Shown here piece after piece: positions 26,309 through 35,675 of a stretch of 40,260 nt of DNA (position 1 is the stretch's first letter; each line of letters opens with the position of its first letter). The notes beneath the pieces were generated by a model. That model was not told the origin of the DNA. It was given only the letters and a program-made list of their open reading frames with translations, and made no database searches. A program made the translations under genes and the position numbers. The DNA is from a virus (taxonomy: Duplodnaviria > Caudoviricetes): positions 1 through 40,260 of IMG/VR virus record IMGVR_UViG_3300025718_000154. One strand, 5' to 3'.

Positions 26309-28897
26309 TTACGCTCCTCCCCTCGCCGAAGCGACCTGCCCTCGGTAGAATTCTAGTTTATAAGCCAAATCCTTTATATCCATATCGTTTGCGATGACAA
26401 GTTTATCAACTCGTAATAGAGCACCGATTGTATTGCTTACCGATGGAGTAGAACTTTTATTAGTTCCCAAGATATCGGCAGTTATTGCTCCGTTACCAAC
26501 ATAAGGCGTTGCTTTTACGCCTATACTCATGTCAGTTGACAGGCCTTTTATCGCGCTGTTAACTAAATGCTTTGAGTTCTGAATTCCCTTAGCTAATCCT
26601 CCCATGAAATCAGGCATCCAACTTTCATAGTCTACTAGGGGTCCTTGGTCGGGAACACTGAAATGCAAAAAGCTCCTTATGGTATCTGCGACCCCTGAGA
26701 CCGCTTTACCTACGCTACCGATCATGGATTTTATACCATTAATTAATCCATGGATCATGTCCCCGCCCCAGCTGTACATTTTAGAAGGTAACGAAGTGAT
26801 CCAGTCCAGCGCTGATTGTATCCCACTGACGATCGCACTCTTGACTCCCATTACGGTGTTTGCTACGCCGTTTTTCATTGATGTGAACATATTGACAGCG
26901 GAAGTATAAAGCTTTTGAGGAAGTTCTCCGAACCAAGTAATTAGGCCGTTCCAGATATCCTTAGCTCCTTGAATGATCTGATTCCAAAAATTAATGATCC
27001 AAGTCTTGAAACTCGTCCACGCGGTTGTTGCGGTGGTCAATATGTTACCCCAGGCAGTCTTCAATAACCCCGCTATTGCTTGAAGGGTACCCGAGAATAT
27101 TTGTTTAATTCCTTCCCAGATCTGGCCAAAAGCTACTTTCAAATTATTGAATATGCCTACTGCATCCGTTTTCAATTGCGTAAAGTTCCCGGTGACTAAA
27201 TCAAGGATTAGAAGAACTGCTCCGAGAACCACATTTTTTATAACATCCCAAACCCCCGTGAGGTATAGTTTGTATCCTTCCATGATCAGCTTTATTCCGT
27301 CTGCCATAGAATTCCAAAGAGTTAAGATTCCTTGAATAAACGGGGTGACTATTGCCATGACGCCTGTGACAATTTCGGTCCAAACGGTCGATAAGAAATT
27401 TTTAATACCGTTCCAGGTCGTTGTGGTTGCCGTTACCATTCCGGTCCAGATACCGAATAAATAAGCTCTGATTCCATTCCAAGTGGCTTCTGTCGAACTC
27501 TTAATTCCATTCCAAGTCGTTGTGAGGAAGGCTCCGATGTTTGAGAAGGTCAGTTTCAGGGATGTCCACAATTCCTGGCACTTGGCTTTGATGGTGTCCC
27601 AGTTTTTATAAAGCTCATAACCTGCAAAGGCCACAAGTGCAATCGCAGCAACAACACCGATGACTGGCAATACCAAGGACCCCATTGAAATCCCCGCCGT
27701 ATCGAGTGCTATGCTTAAAGGTCCGAACGCTGCCGCCAGAGTATTGACGGCGCTTGCTCCACCGACTAAGGTCCCGAGCAAGGCCGTGATAGAAAGCACT
27801 GCGGCAGTGAAGTTTGGATTTTGTTTAATGAAATCGGCGATAGGTATGATGATGTTCGCCATGGCAACCGCAAATTGAGCGAGTATTGGGAGAAGCGCTG
27901 ACCCTATGGCTGTTTTGGCAGAATTCATTTGGTTCTGCATTTGTTTCATTTGTCCGGAGTAGCTTCCAAGGTCTGCCTGGGCGGATCCAGCAAAGCGATC
28001 ATTTAACCGCTCTTGAACGTCAGCCATGGTAATCGTGGCCGTTTCGCTATTGCCTAATTGCTTTACTTCTTCTTTTGAGAGGATGCCGAGACTTACCAGG
28101 GCCCTCGCCTTTCCGTGGTATGCGTCTGCCACTAGGTTTGCCGCATCACTGAGTGATGAGTTCTGGCCTGCTGCTACATTTGCGAGCGTTCCCTCCATCC
28201 CTAATGCTTTTGAAGCATCAATACCTTTTTCAGTCAATGTCTGTAATGCGGCCTTAGCCTCTCCGCCGGAAAATGAGGACATTTCTGTGATGGCTGATGT
28301 GAAGCTTTTGATATCTTTACTCGCGTCGGCAGCGGAGAGTCCTTGATCTTGTAGTAAGTTCGTTAATATACTGGTGCTTTGCTGCGCGTCAGTTGCTGAC
28401 TTGACTGCGCTTGCTAGAAAGGCTCCGGCTGCTAAACCGACTGTTCCGAAGGCTGCTTTTAAATTCTGTAGCTTGCTGCCTGTCGTCTCGGTTGCTTGTC
28501 CCAGCGCTTCTTCGTGGGTGACGCCTTCTTCAAGTAATCTGTTGGTCTGTCCTAGTTCTGTTTCCATCCCAGCTAGGGCTGCTTTGGCGTTATTTAGTTT
28601 TATCTGTAGGTCCTGAGTCGCCTTTGCGTCGAGTCCCTTTTTTTCTGCTGATTCCTGAAATGCTTGATCTAGTGCTTTGACCTTTTGCTTCTGCAAATCG
28701 ATCTGTTGGTTGAGACTGTTGCTCTTCAGTCCTAACTGCTCTGTGCTGGTCCCGAATTCTCCGAGTTGGGCTGATGCCAGTTTAAACTCGGATTGAACCA
28801 CTCTCATTTGTGTATTTATTCCGCTGATCCCATTTTGGAAGCCTGTACTATCCAGGCTGATCTTTACTGCAAGGTTGCCAAGTTCTCCACTTGCCAT
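26309..28897 (-). CDS. Tape measure protein
   Basis: 862 aa, Ala-rich coiled coil, hydrophobic stretch, 11-residue W-periodic repeats, 'FSVPDQGPL'. Confidence 0.92.
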   Translation of the reverse strand: MASGELGNLAVKISLDSTGFQNGISGINTQMRVVQSEFKLASAQLGEFGTSTEQLGLKSNSLNQQIDLQKQKVKALDQAFQESAEKKGLDAKATQDLQIKLNNAKAALAGMETELGQTNRLLEEGVTHEEALGQATETTGSKLQNLKAAFGTVGLAAGAFLASAVKSATDAQQSTSILTNLLQDQGLSAADASKDIKSFTSAITEMSSFSGGEAKAALQTLTEKGIDASKALGMEGTLANVAAGQNSSLSDAANLVADAYHGKARALVSLGILSKEEVKQLGNSETATITMADVQERLNDRFAGSAQADLGSYSGQMKQMQNQMNSAKTAIGSALLPILAQFAVAMANIIIPIADFIKQNPNFTAAVLSITALLGTLVGGASAVNTLAAAFGPLSIALDTAGISMGSLVLPVIGVVAAIALVAFAGYELYKNWDTIKAKCQELWTSLKLTFSNIGAFLTTTWNGIKSSTEATWNGIRAYLFGIWTGMVTATTTTWNGIKNFLSTVWTEIVTGVMAIVTPFIQGILTLWNSMADGIKLIMEGYKLYLTGVWDVIKNVVLGAVLLILDLVTGNFTQLKTDAVGIFNNLKVAFGQIWEGIKQIFSGTLQAIAGLLKTAWGNILTTATTAWTSFKTWIINFWNQIIQGAKDIWNGLITWFGELPQKLYTSAVNMFTSMKNGVANTVMGVKSAIVSGIQSALDWITSLPSKMYSWGGDMIHGLINGIKSMIGSVGKAVSGVADTIRSFLHFSVPDQGPLVDYESWMPDFMGGLAKGIQNSKHLVNSAIKGLSTDMSIGVKATPYVGNGAITADILGTNKSSTPSVSNTIGALLRVDKLVIANDMDIKDLAYKLEFYRGQVASARGGA

Positions 28898-28911
28898 GGT
28901 CTCACCACCTT

Positions 28912-29106
28912 TTAAAAGACCGTATCGATATAATGTTTTGGTTCCTTTTTATTGGCTTTGAAAATCAAGAGGTCCATGTAATAGAAAAAATCCATTTCAT
29001 CAATATCGTTTAGGGCCCATCCTTGGTCAATTAATTGTAGATAAGTCTCTTTTATAAACTCTGCCAGAGTCAAAGGCTCGCTTATGACTCCGTCGGTACG
29101 TTTGGG
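28912..29106 (-). CDS. Tail assembly chaperone gpGT extension, reached by -1 frameshift
   Basis: Slippery C CCA AAC (29106-29100). The -1 frame is open to 28912: ..LTLAEFIKETYLQLIDQGWALNDIDEMDFFYYMDLL.. Confidence 0.85.
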   Translation of the reverse strand, partial: PKRTDGVISEPLTLAEFIKETYLQLIDQGWALNDIDEMDFFYYMDLLIFKANKKEPKHYIDTVF

Positions 29107-29390
29107 AATTGCTCTGCTTTTGCTCCGATCTGTCCGACCACGCTATTGATACATTCCATAATTGTAGGAATTAATTTGTCAGCATCAAGGCCATCATAAA
29201 GTTCATCAATCGTGAATTGGTCGCCAAATAATTTAGCGACGTAATCCACTAAGTTGTCGAGATCGGCTGATTTGAGATCATTGAAGTTTGTCTTCTCGGT
29301 CATTTCGATGGCCTTACGGACCATTCTGCCTTTCGCTGGTGGAGCGATGTAGGTTTTGTCATTAAAAATAAGTTGCATAGGTGCCTCCAA
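29082..29390 (-). CDS. Tail assembly chaperone gpG
   Basis: 'LFGDQFTIDELYDG' motif; position between major tail and tape measure genes. Confidence 0.85.
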   Translation of the reverse strand: MEAPMQLIFNDKTYIAPPAKGRMVRKAIEMTEKTNFNDLKSADLDNLVDYVAKLFGDQFTIDELYDGLDADKLIPTIMECINSVVGQIGAKAEQFPNVPTES

Positions 29391-29433
29391 ACTAAAAGAG
29401 CCCCCTTAAGGACTCTTTCGTTACTCTCACTCA

Positions 29434-29464
29434 TTAAGCTGTCGTGAAATTCGTGACACTGGTT
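29434..29464. repeat. Direct repeat copy 1: orphan duplicate of the major tail gene 3' end
   Basis: TTAaGCTGTCGTGAAATTCGTgACACTGGTT vs TTAtGCTGTCGTGAAATTCGTcACACTGGTT at 30296-30326 (29/31). Confidence 0.9.
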
Positions 29465-29571
29465 AAAACTTGCAAAAGTCGACTCAATCCAATAATGTAT
29501 AGTGTATCAATGAGGAAAAGCATGACCTCAATTGCCCTACTGATAAATTTCTCGAGAAAGAAGATGTTTTA

Positions 29572-30180
29572 ATGGAATTACTCGATGCCATGAAAGCCAG
29601 ACGAAGCATTCGGAAGTTTAAATTCACTCCCATCCCTGAGGCGTTCATTACTCAACTTATCGAAGCCGCGCGACTAGCTCCATCTGGTAGTAATGTTCAA
29701 CCTACGCGTTTTGTTGTGATTAAAAGTGAAGACGTTCGTGCGCAATTGAGCCAAGCTACCCCTTTACCCTTTGTCAGCCAGGCTCCGGTTGTCATCGCAT
29801 GTTGTGTTGACACAGAGTCCTTAGGAGGCATGGTCACTCGGGCGCGAGAACTCAAGGAGGCGGGAGCCTTCGCAGGTACCCCCCTTGATAAGATCGACCC
29901 AGAAAAATATGCTAAGGGCAAACCAATGGATCCGGCTAAAGCCGAAGCCTATCTTCGCTTAAACGCTGCCATTGCTATTGATCACATTACATTACGTGCA
30001 GTTGACCTTGGTCTTGGTACTTGTTGGATTATGATGTTCGACCAAGAGAAAGTAAAACAGATCCTAGGGTTAGGCGATAATTATAATGTCGTGGCCTTAA
30101 TTCCCGTTGGTTACGCTGACCAAGATCCCAACGCCCGTCCTAGAATTGAATTAACTAAACTCTTACTTAAAGAGGTTTAA
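29572..30180 (+). CDS. Nitroreductase family protein (moron)
   Basis: 'RRSIRKF', 'ARLAPSGSNVQP', 'LRAVDLGLGTCWI', 'IPVGY'. Confidence 0.95.
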   Translation: MELLDAMKARRSIRKFKFTPIPEAFITQLIEAARLAPSGSNVQPTRFVVIKSEDVRAQLSQATPLPFVSQAPVVIACCVDTESLGGMVTRARELKEAGAFAGTPLDKIDPEKYAKGKPMDPAKAEAYLRLNAAIAIDHITLRAVDLGLGTCWIMMFDQEKVKQILGLGDNYNVVALIPVGYADQDPNARPRIELTKLLLKEV

Positions 30181-30233
30181 AGCCAAAACATTTGTGGTCC
30201 ACCGAAATCCTAAACTTCCTGTAAACTTTCTTG

Positions 30234-30272
30234 AACGGAAAGACCCCAGCATTGCCGGGGTCTTTCCGTTTT
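30234..30272. terminator. Bidirectional terminator between nitroreductase and major tail gene
   Basis: AACGGAAAGACCCC-agcattgcc-GGGGTCTTTCCGTT-TT. Confidence 0.85.
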
Positions 30273-30295
30273 GATTAAAGGCCCGTTCCCACTTG

Positions 30296-31180
30296 TTATG
30301 CTGTCGTGAAATTCGTCACACTGGTTGTTGCTAAATAGTTTCCAGCCACATCAGATACATTGGTCGTACAAATTGCGACATATGCAGTGGCAGCCGTTAA
30401 GCTCGATGTTGGGTGGAGGGTTAAAATCTTGCTTGTACCGTCAAGTGTCAACGTGCCGGGGATAATCGTTCCGTCAGTTGCTTTTAATAGAAAGAAGTTG
30501 GCAGAAGTTACCTTCGATGGGTCAATGGCTTCATTAAACGTCCAGATCATGTTGGCGGTGATTAGCACCGCTGCTGCTGCATCGGCTGGGGTGGTAATAA
30601 GCGTCGGCGCGGTAGTATCGACTGTCGGAATTGTTACGGCTGTAAACCAAGTTGAATCGATCCCCACAGGGCAGTTCGGGTCGATTGAATCAACGTGATA
30701 CTCCCACATTCCGTTGTATTGAGTGGTCTGAAAAAGTGCTTTTACTTTGGGCGCTTGAAACTTCACTTTCCCTTGCTGTCCTTCCAAATTGTCATCCGGA
30801 AGTTGGAAGGCTCCTTTATAAAGCACCCCGTAGCGTTTGGCACCACCGCGCAAAGTTGCCTTATATAGCAAGGCGACATAAGGGGCTATGTCTGACCCTG
30901 AGGCATAAACTCCACCCGTCACTGCAGTGGTTTGACCCAGCAATTCTACCCTTTGCGCACTGGTTAGATCCGCAAGGTCAACTTCTATGTCGACACTATC
31001 AAGGGTGGTTGCCTGATCCCAAAGAATATTCTCTGCAAATAGTTTTTCGGTGTTTTGCTTAGGCTTGATGCCTAACGTTTGTACCCCGGCATAGTATTTT
31101 GGCACGGCATAGGTCAGTCCTGTAATATCGTCTTTTGTTTGTTTTGCGACGTAAAGTTTTTCTATACCAATAATCGGCAT
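30296..31180 (-). CDS. Major tail protein (phi13 family) with C-terminal Ig-like (Big_5-type) domain
   Basis: 'IGIEKLYVA', 'APYVAL', 'LYKGAF'; C-terminal 'DTTAPT..TP.D..FNEAID..VSDVAGN..NFTT'. Confidence 0.9.
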   Translation of the reverse strand: MPIIGIEKLYVAKQTKDDITGLTYAVPKYYAGVQTLGIKPKQNTEKLFAENILWDQATTLDSVDIEVDLADLTSAQRVELLGQTTAVTGGVYASGSDIAPYVALLYKATLRGGAKRYGVLYKGAFQLPDDNLEGQQGKVKFQAPKVKALFQTTQYNGMWEYHVDSIDPNCPVGIDSTWFTAVTIPTVDTTAPTLITTPADAAAAVLITANMIWTFNEAIDPSKVTSANFFLLKATDGTIIPGTLTLDGTSKILTLHPTSSLTAATAYVAICTTNVSDVAGNYLATTSVTNFTTA

Positions 31181-31201
31181 ACTTCGTTCACTCCTTCCCG
31201 A

Positions 31202-31522
31202 CTAAACTACATAAGAAAAGCGCATGGCCTTGTGATAAATCTGAGTGTCAGATTCATACAGGTCAAGCGCTGTTGTTCGTTTGAAGCCTTCTGCTTCCAA
31301 AGTCAATTTAACCTGATCAACCAACGGTGAGTTGTCGCCTTTTGACCACACATCAACTTGCACATAATAGCCAGTAGCTATTTCATCATTTTCTGCCCAA
31401 GCCTCCCCCTGTTCGTTATAGCAAAAGAAGGTAATGTAAGTTTGAGCTGTCCCTAAATACGTTTGCCAGAATACCGGAACGCCCAGCGGTTTGAGAGCTT
31501 TCACTAGGATGCTGTTAATCAT
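31202..31522 (-). CDS. Tail terminator/completion protein
   Basis: 'YVQVDVWSK', 'YESDTQIYHKAMRF'; synteny. Confidence 0.8.
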   Translation of the reverse strand: MINSILVKALKPLGVPVFWQTYLGTAQTYITFFCYNEQGEAWAENDEIATGYYVQVDVWSKGDNSPLVDQVKLTLEAEGFKRTTALDLYESDTQIYHKAMRFSYVV

Positions 31523-31905
31523 AATCCCAAGGACTTCGCAATCGTGTGTTTCATCGTTTCTTCAGCCTCTGCTTGCTTGTGTTCATAGGCTGGTTGAACG
31601 AAGGGCTGGGCTTGCATCTTGCTTGTACCCCATTCCAGGAATTTAGCTCTCCAGTTCGTAGTTTTACCGGGACCGATTTCGAGATATTTAACGCCATCTT
31701 TCGTTTTAACACCGGATACTTGAATGTCGTCTCGGATGTGGAGGTGAGTGATCGAGCTCACCTTGACGAGGCTTTTCATTTCATCGGCAATAGGTTGAGC
31801 AGCGGCCTTGAGTGCTTGATTCTCGACCCGACTAGCCTTATCACTCACAAGCTTAAGTTGGTTTAACAGTTCATCAAGTCCTTGAAGTTCCATTTCAGCC
31901 GCCAT
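31519..31905 (-). CDS. HK97 gp10-family tail component
   Basis: 'FLEWGTSKMQAQPFVQPA'. Confidence 0.9.
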   Translation of the reverse strand: MAAEMELQGLDELLNQLKLVSDKASRVENQALKAAAQPIADEMKSLVKVSSITHLHIRDDIQVSGVKTKDGVKYLEIGPGKTTNWRAKFLEWGTSKMQAQPFVQPAYEHKQAEAEETMKHTIAKSLGL

Positions 31906-32233
31906 TTTGTAACACCTGCCTTGTGTGTAGTTCTAGCCAGCGCCTTCGCCCTGTCGGATCAACTGGCGGTACCTTAATCTCAAACGAATCTGCACCATGG
32001 ATAACTTTCATGCCTGCTTTAATGCCGCATCGGTACCGGAGAGTAAACAAAATATCCGTTTCAGCTTGTGCTGCTGCAGCCTGATAAAACAATTTCCCTT
32101 TAAGCCCGGTTCTTTTTGCATAGGTGGTCATGAGCGTTTGCCAATCTTCCAGTGGGTTGCCGCTATCATCCGTCTGGTCACGGGCAGCGTTATATTTAAT
32201 CATGATTTTATGTCTTAAATCCCCCGAATTCAT
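31895..32233 (-). CDS. Head closure / head-tail adaptor (SPP1 gp16-like)
   Basis: 'GDLRHKI', 'FTLRY..GI...MKV'; synteny. Confidence 0.85.
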   Translation of the reverse strand: MNSGDLRHKIMIKYNAARDQTDDSGNPLEDWQTLMTTYAKRTGLKGKLFYQAAAAQAETDILFTLRYRCGIKAGMKVIHGADSFEIKVPPVDPTGRRRWLELHTRQVLQNGG

Positions 32234-32245
32234 AGCACCCCTCCC

Positions 32246-32839
32246 TTACAATGGCGCTATTCTGTCCATCCATAGGAGCGCCGACACGGCAAACGCTATC
32301 TCCCCAGGTGCTTGTCCTGTATCACTTAGGGGTGTCCGATTCTCATACCAATGGCTGATGAGTAGTTTCATGGCTTGCTTTACTTTTTGCGGGACATTCT
32401 CTGCTGTATCACCGTAACCACAAGTAAACTCAATCACAATCGCATCCAGTGGGAAGGGTACGAAGGAGGGCCAGTGCTGTGCATAAGGGGAAGATAGCCT
32501 ACCCGAAACTCCGCGCGTGCTGACAACATATTGTTCGGTTTCGTTCAGTGTTGTCTCTATCCCGGCGGAGTTCTTATAAGTGACTCGGTCGACGGTTTGC
32601 AGGTTCCCTCTCGGTAGTTCAATCACTCGACTTGGCCAGTAGTCAAAACTCATTTGCCAAGTTTGAGTGATGTAGGCGCGGTTTTGAAACGCTTCACAAT
32701 ACTCCCGAGCGGCTATAATTAAGGCACTCAAGTAGTCATCCTCGGAAGTATCGGTCACATCGTCCACTCTGAGATAGGTCTTTACTTCCTGAACCTTCAA
32801 TGGTTCATTGGCGGGTGGTGTGGTTAAGACTAAATTCAT
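32246..32839 (-). CDS. Head-tail connector (phiE125 gp8-like)
   Basis: 'EP....VK.YLRVD', 'AAREYCE', 'ITQTW', 'HWYENR'. Confidence 0.88.
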   Translation of the reverse strand: MNLVLTTPPANEPLKVQEVKTYLRVDDVTDTSEDDYLSALIIAAREYCEAFQNRAYITQTWQMSFDYWPSRVIELPRGNLQTVDRVTYKNSAGIETTLNETEQYVVSTRGVSGRLSSPYAQHWPSFVPFPLDAIVIEFTCGYGDTAENVPQKVKQAMKLLISHWYENRTPLSDTGQAPGEIAFAVSALLWMDRIAPL

Positions 32840-32856
32840 AACACCCCCCTTTCACG

Positions 32857-32886
32857 AAAAAGAAGACGACAATGCGTCTTCTTTTT
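32857..32886 (-). terminator. Terminator after the capsid genes
   Basis: AAAAAGAAGACG-acaatg-CGTCTTCTTTTT. Confidence 0.75.
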
Positions 32887-33361
32887 AATCGATGATGTCA
32901 CTAGGCGGAGTTGATCCACCATAACGCAAATCGCTCAGTATATACTGAGCTGCCGTAATATTGGACACATCAGAGGCCGCAGTTTTTACCGTAATGCAAT
33001 CGAAGCCGTTGTTCACATCCATGTGAGAAGGATCAATTTGGAATATGATTAGTTTCCGTTTGAGGGTAGCAGAAGTTGTGAAGGCTACTGCATCGTTTTG
33101 TCGGACCAGAGCGTCGGTTGCAGCACAATCTTGGTCTGCCCAAATGGGGACGGCATAAGTTATGGCTTTACTGCCGGTACCGGTTACGTCTGTGGCTTGC
33201 TCGATCGTTATGCCCATAGTGGCGGCATTGGCTTGATTGACGTGAACCAACACAAAGCACTTTTCAGCATCCCGTAGAGATACATAGGCCCCGATAATGA
33301 CTCCACCTGCTTGCGGTGTAATCGCTTCGACTGGCTTACAACATTCAGGAATATTACACAT
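32885..33361 (-). CDS. Putative capsid decoration/accessory protein
   Basis: 158 aa, beta-rich, immediately after the major capsid gene, GGAGG RBS. Confidence 0.55.
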   Translation of the reverse strand: MCNIPECCKPVEAITPQAGGVIIGAYVSLRDAEKCFVLVHVNQANAATMGITIEQATDVTGTGSKAITYAVPIWADQDCAATDALVRQNDAVAFTTSATLKRKLIIFQIDPSHMDVNNGFDCITVKTAASDVSNITAAQYILSDLRYGGSTPPSDIID

Positions 33362-33399
33362 AGGTTTATGCCTCCATTATATTTATTTTAGACACGTTA

Positions 33400-34674
33400 T
33401 TACCTTGTTGCCGTAGCGACAAACGGGCTTAGAGTATTAGACCCCTTAAACGGAGTCAGTGCATTATTCCAAACGGGTTGTCCATCAACTCTGTAAATGA
33501 ATCTGAAACAATTCTCGTCATACAGGAAGCGCACGTGGATTGACGATGCTGCGTTAATTCCACCTTTGTCAATAATCAGATATTGAGACAAATCGCCCAG
33601 GAGGATATCTCCCGACGTACCCAGAGTAGGACATTGCTCCAAGGGAACGACAGGTCTGCCAAACAACGTACTATAGGGTGATCCAGAAACTCCGCCTGCT
33701 GGCATATATACTGGGAGTCCGCCTGTGCCCACAGCCAGTGACATGGTATAGAGCTGGGGTTCGATGTCTTGGTTAATATACCAGACAGCATTTTGGCGGG
33801 AGCGTCCCCAGCAGCGTGACCACATACCCACGATGTTTTGAATGTTGATGGTACCTGTTGCTTGACCGACTACTTTGGGAACCTGCACTAAGGCCTTGCC
33901 ATTCAAAATACCTAAAGGCATACCCGCACCCGTTCCATTTAGAATTGCGTCGTCCAGCTTGAACCCGAACTCTTCCGCGAAACCTTGACTGATCACGGCT
34001 TCCAAGGCGGTAGAGTCTAACAGAAGTTCATCCGTTGCATAACAAAGGCCCGTTAATTTATGGAGGTTGAGTTCCATCTGACGAAACTTAGGTTTGCTTC
34101 CGGTCATTGCATCAGCCTCACCTTCCCAGTAAGCCTGAATGCCGCCCCAGCGAGAACCGTTCGCGCGGTTACTCTCATCAATGGCATTGATTTTAAGGCC
34201 CGTTGCATTGGTGCTCAGGGGTACTTTGTTACAACGACTAGCCAACACCCCAGTGTCATAAGCCCGTTTAAGAATCTCCTTGGTGAAGTCGTCGTCGACT
34301 AGGAACCCACCGTCGCTGCCCACATTTTCATTTAATCCCGTAGCCGCTTTAATGGATAATCTGTTGTCGATAGAACCCCCGGGCTTAGCTGCTTCAATCA
34401 CGGCACGCAGTTGTTCGCCAAAATTGGAGAATCTCTCTATTTTCGCTTTGGGTTCAGCGTACAACGGAAGATTGACTGGATTGGTGATATCTTTTTGACG
34501 CGCTTCCAGTGCCACAGCCGCCTTGATGGTGTTTTCAAGATTGACTATTTCCACTTGCAGCGCATCGAAATCGACTTGTTGCTCGGCGCTAAATCCTTTC
34601 CCAAGTGCCATGGCTGTATTTAAGAGTGCTTGCTGTGCATCCAATTTCTGTCTGAGTAATGCTTTAAAGTCCAT
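33400..34674 (-). CDS. Major capsid protein, HK97 family
   Basis: Coiled-coil delta domain, 'DGGFLV', 'WEGE', 'ILNGTG...PLGILN', 'LFGRPV', 'GDLSQY'. Confidence 0.95.
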   Translation of the reverse strand: MDFKALLRQKLDAQQALLNTAMALGKGFSAEQQVDFDALQVEIVNLENTIKAAVALEARQKDITNPVNLPLYAEPKAKIERFSNFGEQLRAVIEAAKPGGSIDNRLSIKAATGLNENVGSDGGFLVDDDFTKEILKRAYDTGVLASRCNKVPLSTNATGLKINAIDESNRANGSRWGGIQAYWEGEADAMTGSKPKFRQMELNLHKLTGLCYATDELLLDSTALEAVISQGFAEEFGFKLDDAILNGTGAGMPLGILNGKALVQVPKVVGQATGTINIQNIVGMWSRCWGRSRQNAVWYINQDIEPQLYTMSLAVGTGGLPVYMPAGGVSGSPYSTLFGRPVVPLEQCPTLGTSGDILLGDLSQYLIIDKGGINAASSIHVRFLYDENCFRFIYRVDGQPVWNNALTPFKGSNTLSPFVATATR

Positions 34675-35671
34675 GAACTAATCGCCTCCTATTTAAATTT
34701 AATTGTGCTTGATATAGGACGATCCCCAGCTGGTCAATGTCATTGTCAGCTGTTTCATCGTCACTCGTTCCCATACCGTTGTCCCCACTATCGCCGTTAT
34801 CCAGTTGAGCTAGAACTTCAGTCAAACACTCCATCGCTTGCTGAATGAGTGCTTCGTTGGCGGATGATATTGTTCGGCCTGCGTTTTGAATCTCGGGCAA
34901 ATTATTAGGCAGTGGTACAGCGACGACGCTTACCACTGCCTTGTTGCTGGGTTGTTGATCGGCTTGTTCTTTAGGCTGTTCATTGGTTGGCTCGTTGACC
35001 AACGGCTCTGCTTCTGAACTGGCTAATGCTTGTTTCGGCGGGTTACGGAATCTGCCCAGATCAAATGACAAACCGTTCAGGGTCAGGTAATCTTTGTTCA
35101 TGGAGGCTGCAATTAGCTGGGTCCCTTCAATCACATCGGCAAAGCCCAAGGCCACTGCCTCTTCGGCATTCATCCAGGTTTCAGCATTCACCATTTCCAT
35201 GATCTTCTCTTCATCAAGGCCTGTTTTTGCTTGGTAGGTTGTCAGGATGCTTTCGTCAATTTTATCCATGTCATCCGCGAGCTTCCTCAGATCATGGGCG
35301 TTACCGATGGCCATGGTCCAAGCTTTGTGAATCATCAGCATGGCATTTTTCGGCATATATATCGTGTCGCCCGCCATGGCAATCACTGAAGCAATGCTGG
35401 CGGCTAGGCCATCGATATATACGTTTTTCTGAGCTGAATGGCGTTTGAGCATAGAGTAGATGGCTTGTCCGGCAAAAACATCCCCGCCGCCGCTGTTAAT
35501 GTAGATGTTGAGTACTGAGATGTCACCCAGTCCCTTTAAATCCTGGGCGAAATCTGAAGGCGTTATTTCATCTCCATACCAAGTCGAACTTGAAATGTCT
35601 CCGTACAACAAAAGCTCCCCTTCAGAGGGAGCCTTTATATTTGCCCTAAATTCCCAAAACTTCTTTTTCAA
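34664..35671 (-). CDS. ClpP-type head maturation protease
   Basis: 'INSGGGDVF', 'GLAASIAS', 'MIH', 'ETWMNAEEA..GFAD'. Confidence 0.93.
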   Translation of the reverse strand: MKKKFWEFRANIKAPSEGELLLYGDISSSTWYGDEITPSDFAQDLKGLGDISVLNIYINSGGGDVFAGQAIYSMLKRHSAQKNVYIDGLAASIASVIAMAGDTIYMPKNAMLMIHKAWTMAIGNAHDLRKLADDMDKIDESILTTYQAKTGLDEEKIMEMVNAETWMNAEEAVALGFADVIEGTQLIAASMNKDYLTLNGLSFDLGRFRNPPKQALASSEAEPLVNEPTNEQPKEQADQQPSNKAVVSVVAVPLPNNLPEIQNAGRTISSANEALIQQAMECLTEVLAQLDNGDSGDNGMGTSDDETADNDIDQLGIVLYQAQLNLNRRRLVHGL

Positions 35672-35675
35672 TGTC

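Noticed and set aside
26900-27620. Periodic TTCCA/CCAGA motifs resembling a repeat array
   Set aside because: These are the Trp-periodic 11-residue repeats of the tape measure protein, not CRISPR or non-coding repeats.
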